Source: the human T2T-CHM13v2.0 reference genome, Homo sapiens. From it: a stretch of DNA of 64,000 nucleotides. The position numbers and the translations under genes are program-made. The stretch's first letter is position 1. Each line of letters begins with the position of its first letter. Shown in pieces: positions 37,101 to 52,036 of the stretch. The notes beneath the pieces were generated by a model that was given only the letters and a program-made list of their open reading frames with translations, was not told the origin of the DNA and did not search any database. Where the stretch lies: NCBI RefSeq assembly GCF_009914755.1, contig NC_060925.1; one strand, 5' to 3'.

Positions 37101-40029
37101 GAAACCTTCTTTCAACACCTGGTATCTCTACATCTACTGGGATCACTATACTGCCATAGGGCTTATATTTTGTTTTAAATGTGCAGCAATGTCATGCTTC
37201 CAATATTTGATCTAGTTGAACAAACACCTGTTTCTTCAATGTTTCTATCCAGATAGGATTCTGTGTTGAGCAGATTGCAGATAGGCAGTTTACAATAGTT
37301 GACATTTCACACAAATCAAGAAGTGTGGAAATATTCAGTTCCTTTTAAGTCAATACAACATATTTTGCACTTGTGTTGGAACCATATCAGAGGTTTAGAA
37401 GAGACAAAATAACACTGAGATCACATATTTATTTTTGTTCTTCGAATGAAAAGACTAGCAATGATAGCAAAGCTCATGCACTTTATCACTAGAATTAAAT
37501 TGGCCGTTGACATCTCAGCTGTGAGCAAGCTTGAAAGAACACTGGTACTACTTTAGTCTCTGGCTGTGCAAGGATACAGCATGCTAGAAGGAGGTCTAAG
37601 AATAAAACATAGAGGCTTGTGAAGCTACAGAATCAATTTGAATAAAACTTTTTGTCTCTTCTTCTTGAATGAAATTTTTATGATGTTTAAAATAAGCCTG
37701 CTAACATAGTAGTAAATAAAATGTAATTTATTTTAAAAGTTGATATTAACAAAACAGAGGGTGACTTTTTATTTATTGCTGAAAAATAAAAGTGGTCCTT
37801 GGAGCCACAGAAAACCCTGCTCAGTTAAGCATCACATTAATTTTTAGGTGTTGTGCCAGTCCCAGTGTGACATTTGGGTCTGTAAAATTTTGGTGTGTTA
37901 CTTTGGTGTATATTTTGGCTACATACACAAATACTGATAAAGTTTCTATGGCCTATGAATCATTACTTGATCCTATATCATTTCCATTTTTCAGCAGTGA
38001 ACTAATTTAATCATAATTTTTAATTTTTTTAAAAAAACCTCTCTATTGAATAAAATCATTGTCTACTGGGTGTTCCTCACAGCTATCTCAGGTTAACTAC
38101 CAAGAAGGTGGCTAAGCATAACTGTGTCGACTTAGAAACTCAGTCTCTGGCTGATGCTGGTGCTGTTTTATGAATTCATATGGAGCTGATCTCGTGTCTA
38201 CAGGCTCCTTTTGACTCTCCAGCTGCACCCTGGACACAAAGCTCCTATTAAAAGTAGTTTGTTGCTTTTTGATCCCTTGTAATTTTTTTTATTATTAACT
38301 ATAAAGCATCATGGGTATAGAGTGTCTCTCTGGGTTTTGACCTGAATTGCATCCCTCAGTAACGAGCCCAAGAATACTTCTTCATGAGCTCTCATTTCAT
38401 ACCTGTACCAGAGATTTCCAAGAGTTTTGGTCCTCTGTCTCTGGCTTCACATTTGCATTCAGATTTTAGCTATTACAAAATATAAATATTAAAATCATTA
38501 CTTTTTAATAATTTTATTTATAGACTTATTAGCTGAGGTGATTAACACAAAATCTTCACATGAATTGAAGTTTGTTTGGTCCACAATGGAAAATAAATTA
38601 AGAAAGTACAAGAGTCATATTTTTACTTATTATTTTTATAAGGTCAGGTATACAATGTTACATTCAACAAAAGAATTAATTGTTTTATAAATACTTCCAT
38701 TGACTGTTTAGGCCATTTGAAAACAAACCTTAAGATTTCTGAAAAATAGTAATTCAAGATTTAGAATGAAGCATATCGATATTCAGTTTATGTTATAAGA
38801 ATTTTGCAATGGATTTCTATTAAGTTATTTTCTCTTCTTCCTTTTCTTTTTCTTTTCTTCTAGTTATAAGAAAATAATGCCTTCACTACTCTCTGGTAAG
38901 AATATAGCTGATGTGATTCAAATAATCTATATTGAACTAAACCCTGAAATTTATTTCTTTGTTTATAAATTCTTCATAATTAAATGTACTTTCTCAAAAT
39001 ACCTCCAATTATTCTAATTTAGTCCTCCAAACATTTATTTTGTCTTTCATGAAAAACAAGTCAAAATTTTATATATTTGTATAAATTGTTTATATATGAA
39101 TATTGTTTCCTTGGCAATAACTACTGGAAAAATAAAGATTAAATAGTCAGATATATTGCATTAATCAATAATTACCATAAATGATAGCACAGAATGTCAA
39201 TACTGGAGATTAGAGTATAGCAAAGAAATAAGGTGTGACATTACTTTCATTTTTTATTTGATATTTCAGAATTTACTTTCAAGAAAATTCTGAATTTTAA
39301 TAAGATTACCATGCTTCCCTTCTGACTTTTTTTCTGCATCTTGACAAAAATGTCTATAAATGTTTTAAATATCAGAGTTATTGTGCTTACCTAAAATAAT
39401 ATTTAAAATGTCATTTCAGGTTAATGTATAAATGTACTAAATTATCTTTATAGTTTTAAAATATTTACAAATACTTAAAACATTTATTTATTTATTTATC
39501 ACAAGATTCCATTTGGGAAGGTATCGTTAGGGTAAATTAAAGATTTTCTGATTTCTGTTAAATAAGTTCTCTTAGTAAAATTTATATAACCTACATATTA
39601 TTCTCCTTTTCCTTACACTTCTGTTTATATTTTTATTAAAAAGTAACAAAAGTTATAAGAATTTTTCTTAAATGTAATGAAAAAAGTGAAAATTACTCAT
39701 ACTCACTACATCATCCTCATTAACTTGGTACTCTTATTTAATTAAGAAGATGATTCTAAAGTCTTAACTCCATCTTGTACCTAAAGAATAGTAAACTGCT
39801 TTAAAAAATCAATAGACTAGGGAAAATGTTTGTCACACTGGAATATATTCTATCATTGTACATTTATCATTTGATTTATTGAGACATTCTCTGGGCTAAA
39901 GATGTCTCTTCATCTCACCTGGCATACCAGGTTTTTGAATATATCTAAGGCATTCTGCAGAAGAAAACAATATAACTGATTCATCAAAGGCATTACTCAA
40001 AGCCCCTAACGACTTTTAGTACATACTTT

Positions 40030-40250
40030 TTTTAGAATTAGAAGGACCTTGCATTCGTTTTCTCCATTGATCATCCTAACGGCAGTAAGAAGTAAGTAAC
40101 ACAAGCATATTACCCCCACTTGTGCAGATGTCTAAACTTAATCACAGATAGGTTAGTGGTTTGCCCACGACTCATATCTAACAAGGAGCTGATCTGGAAT
40201 TCCAAGCCAATTTTTCTGAATAAATGGATGCTTTTCACTCTATTTGGCTC
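40030..40250 (-). mobile_element. MIR/MIR3 fragment
   Basis: 'CCCCACTTGTGCAGATGTCTAAACTTAATCACAGATAGGTTAGTGGTTTGCCCACGACTCATATCTAA' resembles the MIR core. Confidence 0.55.
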
Positions 40251-41677
40251 ACAATAGTTAAATTTCTATAAATATTTTTAAAAGGTTTTACCTTTATTCT
40301 GAAATTCATACTCTATTTTGTGAGAAAACTTCACATTTGTATTTCCATTGACGATCCCTCAATAACTTAGCAGTACTAGATTGTTCAGGTTCATGGATAC
40401 TCTGGCAAAAGTTTAGTTTTAGAGAATATCACATTAAAATAATGAGCTGGAGTAAACCATTTTGTCTATCATTGGAAATAATGTAGAAATCTAAAACAAC
40501 ATCAACAACCAAAATAAAATATTAGAAATAAAATAAACAAATAATAAAGAAAGACAGAGCAGGATAACTGTTTGCATTTTATTTGGTTGTACTAATTAGT
40601 TAGATTATAATGTTAATAAGATTATAATTAATTTTAAATCAATTACTGTGTAATTGTTGAGTAAATGGAAAACACAATAAAATGTTAATAAGTGTCTAAA
40701 AGCTCCATCAAGGCCTATTGACAGCCAAAGAGATGAATGCAGGCTGGCATGAAAGTCATCCAATGTTGCCATACAAGGTTGTAACGTGACAATTAATATA
40801 TATAACCTCCACGTTGTTAGCTTACAGCTTTTAGAGTTTCTAAGAGCTACTGTTAAATATCAGCAGTGAAGAGAGCTGTAAGAGTTATTTTGAGCAGACA
40901 ACAAAAGTCTCTCTATCCCACTCTAAATTAAAGGAAAAATAAATATTACAGAAGTAGAATATTTGTGGTATTTGGTAAAGTATTAAGGGGAAAAATGCTC
41001 ATCTTCTATTTAGTCTTCTTTAGCCACTGTAGTGGCTTTCTTATCATCAGCCACATTCATTAACTTTCTGGCTAAATATGAAAATTACCATTACTATATG
41101 TGAACAAAATGAGCCCAAGGACTTACAAAGCCTATGCATCAAGGTAAAGAAGGAACATATTTAATTATTCTTGTCTTCGTTTTGTATTGTTTTTAGTTAA
41201 AATTTTAGTCAAAACTACCAGCTTAAGCTGATGGATATTTGTCATTTTGCTCATGATGTTCTTATTTCTTTCATTTTTTGTGTGTGTCTAAAACACTCCC
41301 ACCATACACATTCTTCTCAATGGAATCATTCCATCGAAACATTTGAAAACAAGTCTCACTAATCATACATTTCTACCATAGCTTCAGTGAATAATTTGTA
41401 TGTATGTGCTAATAGTCTTAAGAGAAATAGGCTCGTTTTCTCTAAGTATATTTCAATATAGAAAATGTGAGCATGAATAAATATTAGCTCTAATTTACCA
41501 TTTTCCATAATATATATTGAGAGATTTCTTTATTATGGTTTAATTTTGAAGAAGTCTTTACTTATTTATATATTAAGCAATTGCAAATGCAAATTTATTT
41601 CATATTTGCAGCTATTTTTGCATATATGTTTTTTCATCAAGAAAAATCTAACTTCATGAAAGTTATTTTCTCATTTA

Positions 41678-43195
<1,518 letters not shown>

Positions 43196-44881
43196 GAAAA
43201 TAGAAAGACTAATTTCTCAATATCCAAAGCTACTAAAATAATTATTTAGGGTATTCAGCTATGTTATTTGAAAAAAAATCTCACATGAGTATGCTTAAAA
43301 GTCATTACTTTACTGAACAGATGTGGCATTTTATGAACTTTTAGTACTATATAAAACTAGAAATAAAGGTTCAAACAAAAAGTTGAGCACTGGACAATTA
43401 TGCTATTTGGGATCTAATATTTCTTTCTGTAGGCAAAAATATGGAAATTGGTTAAGACATTTTTAAAAACTTTACCCGGTTACAATGTTTTGTTGTTGTT
43501 GTTGTTTTTCTTCTAAGAGAGGCATTTCTTCAATTACATTCAATAATGATTATTTTTCTTCCTGTGAGAGACACTCTATAAGTCATTAGAAGATTTATAG
43601 TAGAGCTACAATTTAAGATAGGGCTATTCACTAGTATGGATACTATTCACCTTTATTCACACTTAAACCATTGCCAGCTTTGCGTCCAAGAATGTTAGTT
43701 TTCTTTAGTGAAGGAAAATAATAGGAAGTCCTTTTCCAAGTATGTCCAGAGAGAGAAGAATTTCTTGCCCTCCAAAATTCTTACCAATAAATATATAGTT
43801 TCAGGTGATAACAAAGGTCACTTAAAAATTCTTGGGACCTGTCAGATCCAACCGTAGCTACAGTTACATTAGGCTGGAGGAGTCCATCATCTATCTTAAT
43901 CCAGATAGGTGCTGGAAAACCACCTGACTCAGACTCTGTGTGTTTCGTTAATATAGGAGTTAAACATTACACAACATTATGGTCCATGAATAACATCCTT
44001 AATCATCATCTCAAGACTCTCTACTGTAATACTGCCTTGTTGTGAGAACATGCCTGAACTCAACATTGTAGAACCAGAGCAGTATCATTATCCAAGTACC
44101 TGTCAGATTTGTGTTAATAAACAGTCCACATATTGGCTTATCCTGCAAAGGGAAAAATTTCAATGCTTCTAGAAAGAACGTAATAGCTTTTCTACCAAAA
44201 CAAAAACAAAATAACAAAAAGTGTTACGTTAGCTTTAGATTTCTTTTTGGCAACACTAAATGTCAACTGATTTTTTTTTTTTTTTTTGACACATCGGATT
44301 TTTACAGAACAAGTTATTTTCTGGATATAAGATATTTGAGGGACAGGTCATTGACTTTTTCAGGTCAAATGGACTGAGATTTTAAATTAGCCATTCTTGG
44401 GGTTATTTTTGAGAGCTATTCTGGGACAGAGGCAATTTACTGTAATTCTGGCCACCTCCTGGTTTTGCAATGAAGTATTTTTTTTTCACCTGTTTGTTGG
44501 ACTTTTCATCACACTAGGGTTTGGGCACAGTCAAACTTATAGGCACATTTGAAAAATAAGTAAAGTTTTTGTAAGTTGATTCTACTCTTCCTTTAATGTC
44601 ATTGTTCTTCCATTCCACCAGGCTCCCCTTCTCTCCTTTCTCCTACTGTATGTCCAATACTCGAGATATTTGTGATTTCTTCATTCAGAATGCTTGGACT
44701 CTCTATCATTTTCAGTACATATATTTCTGTCTTCAGATTTTTTTCCTTCTCATCCATCTCTAAGTCCTTCTTCTTAGAACTCAATATTTTCCTTTCTTAT
44801 ATAGAATTATAATGTAATTAGTATGTCTTTGGAATACATAGCAGAGTAATACTTTGGAGCCAGATATCTGGATTTCATTTC

Positions 44882-45481
44882 TGTGTTAGTTTGCTAGAGC
44901 TGTAATAATAAAGTATTACAAACCAGAAAATTTAAAGAACAGAAGTATATTGTCTTACTGTTCTTTGTGCTAGAAGTCTGAAACCAAAGTGTTGGTGGGA
45001 TGGGTTACTTCTGAGAGCTGTGATGGAGCATCTGTTTCATGCCTTGCTCCTAGCCTTTTGTGATTTCCTGGCAATCTTTGGTATCTAGGTATTAATTTGA
45101 AATTCTCATTGAAATACTATGACACCTATAATAGTATTATTTTAATTTTACCAGATGCAGAAACATTGTCTCAGGGTAGTTAATGTAAGGGATAGGGATT
45201 GTTATGAGTTGAATTGTTTTCCTTGACTTCTACTGTAACACCCCATCTCTGCCTTCATCTTCACATTCTCCCTGTGTGTGTGTCTGTATCCAAATTTCCC
45301 TTTTTATAAGGGTAGCAGTCACGTAGTATTAGGGGCCTATTCTATTCCAGTATGATCTCATCTTAACTAATTAACTCTGCAAGGGTCTGATTTACAAATA
45401 AGTTCACATTATAAGGCACAGGAGGTTAGGACTTCATCATATAAATTGGAGTATAGGAAACACAAAAATAACTCATCAACA
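44882..45481 (-). mobile_element. MLT1B/C-like MaLR LTR inserted in a MIR, containing an inverted duplication (45083-45219)
   Basis: TGTGTTAGTTTGCTAGAGCTG...CTAGAAGTCTGAAACCAAAGTG...ATCTCTGCCTTCATCTTCACA...GGTTAGGACTTCA. MIR pieces flank it at ~44830-44881 and ~45482-45640. Confidence 0.8.
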
Positions 45482-46519
45482 GCTCTTACATTAGCCTCTG
45501 TGAGCCAAAGTTTATGTTTCTGTTAAAATTAGAATAGTACTATTACCTACCTCATAGTATTTTTATAAGGATTGAGGGAATTAATACCTAGATAGCACTT
45601 AGAATGATAGAGGACATATAATAAGCACTGCTAATAATGAATACATGTGATATTTCTGATACAAATACATTTTAATGAAGATATTCAAAGAAAATGTTTA
45701 TAACTCAAATCAGTCAGAGTTGAGAGCTTTATTTATTGTCTAGATAGGGGGTTTGATTCCTTATTTTTAGATGCCAAGTGAAAACACTTTTAGAAGAGAA
45801 TTATAACATTCACTGCTAGGTACTACTTATAGCTCTACTATATCATGGTCACCTAGTATTAAAAACTCATACTGATTGGTGCCTAATCACCAGAAAAGTT
45901 TTTGGTAGTGTGTTTCAGTATCTCTCAGCTATCTGGCCACATATTTCAGAAGAATCATGTGACTTACATTCTTTATAGTTTGAGGAAATTGCTATTGTAG
46001 TTTGCTTTATGTGCAGCATTTTTAGATTTAACATAATCTTAAATGTACATTTTCATACATTACTCTGATGTGGGAAAAAAAGGAAATAATACCAGAAAAT
46101 TCTCCCAGGCTGCTTAAGCTAAAAAATAAACATATTCAATACTGTTAAGATGTAAATGAACAACATATTGCATTCTGATACAGCTGCACAAATGTTTGTA
46201 CTTCTATAATTTTTATAACAATAAAGCTTTGAGGTTATTTTCATACATGGATTTTCTAAAATCTCATTAACACCTTTGCTACCTGCTTACATTTTGTGTT
46301 TTATGTTGTGATATTGACAAAATGATAAAGTTCTTGCTGTAATTTGGTTGCACATTATTTTTAAGTGTGCTGCAAACTCATATGAATATGGAGATTGTAA
46401 GGAACATTTTAGGCAATTAAAAAATGAGCAAGAACCCAAGATTCCAAAGTGATGGAAATAACTTAAATGATATAATAAAAAGTTCAGACCTTCGGAAGAA
46501 TTTTCTATTTACTAGTTTA

Positions 46520-47215
46520 ACAACTTAGACTTTTTAACTCTTTGGTTTGGTTTTCATCAACTTTATTGAGATGTAATTGCTATGTAGTAAACTACACATA
46601 AACCTTATTATTTGACAAATTTTGATTTATGTATATATTTGTCAATTGCCATGTTTAATATTACAAATCTATTACCCTAAAAGTTTCTTTGTTACCTTTT
46701 ATCATCACTCTCTTGGTATATCTTTGCCTTACCCACTGTCCTCAGGAAATCACTGCTCTGCTTTCTACTAGTGTAGTTTAGTTTCCATTTTTTAAAATAA
46801 TATATAAATGAAATCATACACTATGCACATGCACTTTTTTGTCTTTAAGTCATGCAGCATAATTTTGTGACATCTATCCATGTTGCTGTTGATATCAATA
46901 GTTTATTCAGTCTTATTGCTGAGCAATATTGCATTGTTTGGCTATATCACAGCTTGTTCACAGTTATAATGAGTAAATTATTGGGCAGTTGGATCCTTTC
47001 CAGCTTTTGGCTACTACAAATATAAGTGCTATGAACATTAATGCATAAGCCTTTGTATGGACATAAATTTTTAGTTTCTTTGGGCAAATATGTAGGAGTG
47101 AGATGGCTGGATCATATGGTAAGTATGAGTTTCACTTTGTAAGAAACTGAAAAATGTTTCCAAAGTGATGTTACCATTTTGTATTCCATCAGTGGATTTG
47201 AGAGTTTCTGTCATA
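46520..47215 (-). mobile_element. Old L1M (L1MC/L1ME-like) 3' end
   Basis: 'AACTTTATTGAGATGTAATT', 'AATCACTGCTCTGCTTTCTA' and 'GCTGGATCATATGGTAAGTATGAGTTTCACTTTGTAAGAAACTG'. Confidence 0.75.
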
Positions 47216-47579
47216 AATAATCTCAAGGATATACACCTTGCCAAACAGTTTAACTTGATTTGTAGGCAAAGGAAGTGATGTGAGATAAATCAATTTAAAG
47301 AGTATTAGATAATTCTAGTTTTTTTAAAAATACAACATATTCTCATTTTATATGATAGTCTATGGAAAATCAGATTCCACTTCTTTTTCTATTCTTTGAG
47401 GCTCAAGGTTTATAGAAAGTGTTGACATATCAATAAGAAGAAGGTGTCGACCTACTAGATTGCGAAAAACGAAAGTGCAGTGATGATGTTACTTGCTTTG
47501 TCTAAAATTTTCATTTTTGAATTGACATATATCACTTCTGCTATTTACACTTGTCAAAACAAGTTATCTGGGCAAATTT

Positions 47580-47835
47580 TTTAAAAGCTGTGGAAATTAT
47601 ACATAAAGCAAACATAAGAAGACTCTGAAAAGTGGCAGAAAGAAAGAAATGAGAATGGCTGAGAATCTCAGGACATGAAGAATGACATGGTGGTGAGTTC
47701 CCTGGTTTTATTTTTGCAACTTATATACTGGATGAGGTGTCAGAGAAGATAGCAACCCAGAAGTGCCAATAAGTGCATACTGAAAATAAAAAATAAAATA
47801 AAAAATAAAAACTCATCAAAATGCTGCCATTTCCA
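47580..47835 (+). mobile_element. Old L1M 5'UTR fragment
   Basis: 'AAACATAAGAAGACTCTGAAAAGTGG...GAAGAATGACATGGTGGTGAGTTCCCTGG' resembles an L1M4/L1MD-type 5' end. Confidence 0.45.
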
Positions 47836-47837
47836 GC

Positions 47838-47961
47838 TTTTTTTTAGTAGAGACGGGGTTTCACCATGTTAGCCAGGATGGTCTCGATCTCCTGACCCTG
47901 TGATCTGCCCACTTAGCCTCCCAAAGTGTTGGAATTACAGGCGTGAGCCACTGCACCTGGC
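47838..47961 (-). mobile_element. Alu left monomer only (AluSc/Y-type)
   Basis: TTTTTAGTAGAGACGGGGTTTCACCATGTTAGCCAGGATGGTCTCGATCTCCTGACC...GTGAGCCACTGCACCTGGC; the right arm is absent. Confidence 0.9.
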
Positions 47962-50957
47962 TTTTTTTTTCTAAATACGCTAACATCCATGAATTTCAGA
48001 AATTTTACCTGGATATCTCTGTGGGCCAGTTTTCCAGCCTACTACCACATTTATGGGCAATATTGATTCATCAATTTTATTTTTGTACTGCTTTTGTCAG
48101 ATTTTATTGTTAGAGTAATATTAGCTTTATAAGATAATTTGGGAATGATTTAGATCACTTTGGGTATATATATTCCAAGTAATGGGATTTCTGGGTCAAA
48201 TGTTAGCTCTAAGGTTTTCGGGAAATTTTCCCACTGCTTTCCACAATGGCTGAACTAATTTTCATTCCCAACTGCAGGGTTTAAGCTTCTCTTTTCTCTG
48301 CAGGCTCACCAGCATCTGTTAATTTTTACTTTTTAATAATAGCTCTTCTGACTGTTGTGAGATGATATCTCATTGTGGTTTTTATTTGCATTTCTCCAGT
48401 GATTAGTGTTGTTGAACACTTTTTCATATGCTTATTGGCTATGTGTATGTCTTCTTTGGAAAGTGCATTTTTATGTCTTTTGCCCATTTTTTTAATAGGG
48501 TTGTTTGGTTTTTGCTTGTACTTCTTTTTTTAAGTTCCTTATAGATTCTAGATATTAGACCTTTGTCGGATGCATAGTTTGCAAATATTTTCTTTCGTTT
48601 TGTGGGGTATCTATTTACTCTATTCATAGTTTCTGTTGCTGTGCAGAAGCTCTTTAGTTTAATTAGGTCCCATGTGTCAATTTTTGTTTTTGTCATAATT
48701 GATTTTGGCATCTTCATCAAGAAATCTTTGTCAGGACCTATGTCCAGAATGTTATTTTCTTGGTTTTTGTCTATGGTTTTTATTGTTTTAGATTTTATTT
48801 GAGTCATTAATCTATCTCAAGCTGATTTTTGTATATTGTGTAAGAAAGGGTTCCAGCTTTAATCTTCTGCATATAGCTAGCCAGTTATCCCAGAATCACT
48901 TATTGAATAGAAAGTTCTTTCCTCATTGCTTGTTTTTGTCTACTTTATTGAAGATCAGAAGATGGTTGTAGGCATGCAGCTTATTTCTTACTTTCTATTC
49001 TGTTCTATTTGTTGATGTGTCTGTTTTTGTGCAAGTGCCATGCCATTTTGATTATTGTAGCCTTGTAGTATATGTTTTTAAATCTACAGTCATTGGGGAT
49101 ATTGGCCTGTAGTTTTCTTCTGGGAAGCAGACATGATTTGCAGAAGAGTAATTGACCAGTGAGGGCCATCAACTCCATTCTTATCTATGTGTACCCTGGG
49201 AATGCCCATGGCTGCATGAAGGGCACCCACCTCCTCCCCAAGTGGTTGCAGCCCTAAGTTTGCCCTTCTTAAGATATAGGCATGATCTGTATGGAGATCT
49301 CCCTGGACTATTGTCCCGAGCTGTGTCAGAGACGGACATGGTTCCCTTCCCAGGACTGGAGCTTTTTCTCAGCGACATCTTGTAGGCACAGATGTGAAGA
49401 CTGGTATCTGTAGTATAGTTTGAAGTTGAGTAACACGATGAGTTACTCAACATGAAATTGAGTAACAGCTTTTTTTTTTTTTTTTTTGCTTGGAATTGCT
49501 TTGGTTATTTGGTATATTTTTCATTTCGTATGAATTTAAGAATGATTTTTTTTCTAGTTCTCTGAAGAATGTCATTGGTAGTCTGATAGGAATAGCATTG
49601 AATCTGTAAATTTCTCTGGGCAGTCTGGCCATTTTTACAGTACTGATTCTTCCTCTCCATGGACATGGAATGTTTTTCCATTTGTTTTTCTCATCTTTGA
49701 CTTTTTTGAGTAGTGTTTTCTCAACTCACTGTACTTTTCATTGTAGAGATATTTCAGCTGTCTGGTTAGTTGCATTTGGGAGTATTTTACTTTATTTTTT
49801 GTGGCTATTGTGAATGGGATTGTGCTCTTGAGTGGGCTCTCAGCTTGGATGCTGTTGGTATTTAGAAGTGCTACTAATTTTTCTACATTGATTTTGTATC
49901 CCTAAGCACTGATGACATTGTTTATCAGCTCAATAAGCTTTTGGGCAAAGCTTGTAAGTTTTCCAGGTTTAAAATCATATTGTCTGCAAAGAGAGAGAGT
50001 TTGACTTTCTGTCTTTCTATCTTGGTGCCTTTTATTTCTTTTGTTTTCCTGATTATTCTGGCTAGAACTTGCAGTACTATGTTAAATAGTAGTGGTGAGA
50101 GTAGGTATCCCTGTCTTTTACTGGTCCTGAAGGGCAATGCTTCCAGCTTTTGCCCATTTGGTATGGTACTGGCTTTGGTTTTGTCACAGACGGCTCTTCT
50201 TTTCAGATGTGTTTCTTCATCACCTAGTGTGTTGAGAGTTTTTAACATGAAGGGATGTTAGATTTTATCAAAAGCCTTTTCTGCATCTGTTGACATGATC
50301 GTATGTATTTTGTTTTTAGTTCTATTTTTGTGATGAATCACATTTATTGATTTGCATATGTTGAATTAACTTGCATTCCAAGAATAAAGCCTACTTGATT
50401 CTGGTGGATTAGCTTTTTGATGTGCTGCTGGATTCAGTTTGCTGGTGTGGTGTTGTCTACATCTGTGTTTATCAGGAGTATTGGCCTGTAGTTTTTTTTT
50501 TTTAACTGTGTCTTTGCCAGATTTTTATATTAGGGTGATGCTAGCTGAGTTAGGGAGGAGTCCCTCCTCCTTGAGTTTTTGGAATAGTTTCAGTAGAATT
50601 GGTTTCAGCTCTTTGACTGTTTGTCTGTCTGGTAGAACTCTGCTTCGAATTCATCTGGTCCAGAGTTTTTTTTTGTTTGATAGGATTTTATTGCTGATCC
50701 AATTTTGAACTCAGTATTTGTCTCTTCAGGGTTTCAAGTTCTTCCTGTTTCAATCTTGGTAGGTTGTGTGTTTCCAAGAATTTATCTATTTCTTCTAGGT
50801 TTTCTAGTTTGTGTGCAGAGAGGTGTTCAAAATAGTCTCTGAGGGTCTTTTGTTTTTATGTGGGATCAGCCATAACATCACTTTTGTTTTTGTTGATTGT
50901 GATTATTTGTATCTTCTCTCATTTTGTTTCTTTAGCTAGCAGTCTATAAATCTTTTC

Positions 50958-52036
50958 TATCAGGTGAAATTCACCTCTGATATTTCACGTAGGTTCTTTT
51001 CTGTATTCCTTAAGTGTCGGCTGGTCTGAGAAATAAAGGGACAGATTACGAAAGAGAGAAATTTTAAAGCTGGGTGTCCGGGGGAGACATCACATGTCGG
51101 CAGGTTCCGTGATGCCCTTTGAGCTGTGAAACCAGCAAGTTTTTATTAGTGATTTTCAAAAGGGGAGGGTGTGTACGAATAGGGTGTGGGTCACAGAGAT
51201 CACAGGCTTCACGAGATAATAAGATATCACAAGGCAAATGGAGGCAGGGTAAGATCACAGGACCACGGGACCGGGGCGAAATTAAAATTGCTAATGAAAT
51301 TTCGGGTACACATTGTCATTGATAACATCTTATCAGGAGACAGGATTTGAGAGCAGACAACCAGTCTGACCAAAATTTATTAGGCAGGAATTTCCTCATC
51401 CTAACAAGCCTGGGAGCGCTACAGGAGACTGGGGCTTATTTCATCCCTCAGCTATGACCGTAAAAGATAGCCATCCCCAAAGCGGCCATTTCAGAGGCCT
51501 CCCCTCAGGGACGCATTCTCCTTCTCAGGGATGTTCCTCGCTGAGAAAAAGAATTCAGTGATATTTCTCCCATTTGCTTTTGAAAGAAGAGAAATATGGC
51601 TCTGTTCCGCCCGGCTCACCAGCAGTCAGAGTTTAAGGTTATCTCCTTTGTTCCCTGAACATTGCTGTTATCCTGTTCTTTTTTCAAGGTGCCCAGATTT
51701 CATATTGTTCAAACACACATGCTCTACAATTTGCGCAGTTAACGCAATCATCACAGGGTCCTGAGGTGACATACATCCTCCTCAGCTTACAAAGATGGCA
51801 GGATTAAGAGATTAAAGTAAAGACAGGCATAAGAAATCACAAGGGTATTAATTGGGGAAGTGTCCATGAAATCTTCACAATTTATGTTCAGAGATTGCAG
51901 TAAAGACAGGCGTTAAGAAATTATAAAAGTATTAATTTGAGGAACTAATAAATGTCCATGAAATCTTCACAATTTATGTTCTTCCGCCATGGCTTCAGCT
52001 GGTCCCTCCATTTGGGGTCCCTGACTTCCTGCAATA
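50958..52036 (-). mobile_element. MER11 (MER11C-like) solo LTR of HERV-K11/HML-8, 1079 bp, perfect 6-bp TSD
   Basis: Minus strand starts TATTGCAGGAAGTCAGGGACCCC and ends ...GGTGAATTTCACCTGATA. Internal repeat TGTCCATGAAATCTTCACAATTTATGTTC at 51861 and 51953. TSD CTTTTC at 50952-50957 and 52037-52042. Confidence 0.93.

Noticed and set aside
40720-40800. TGACAG and GTTGCCATA motifs as an enhancer
   Set aside because: A 6-mer and an RFX half-site are expected by chance and cannot be supported without conservation data.
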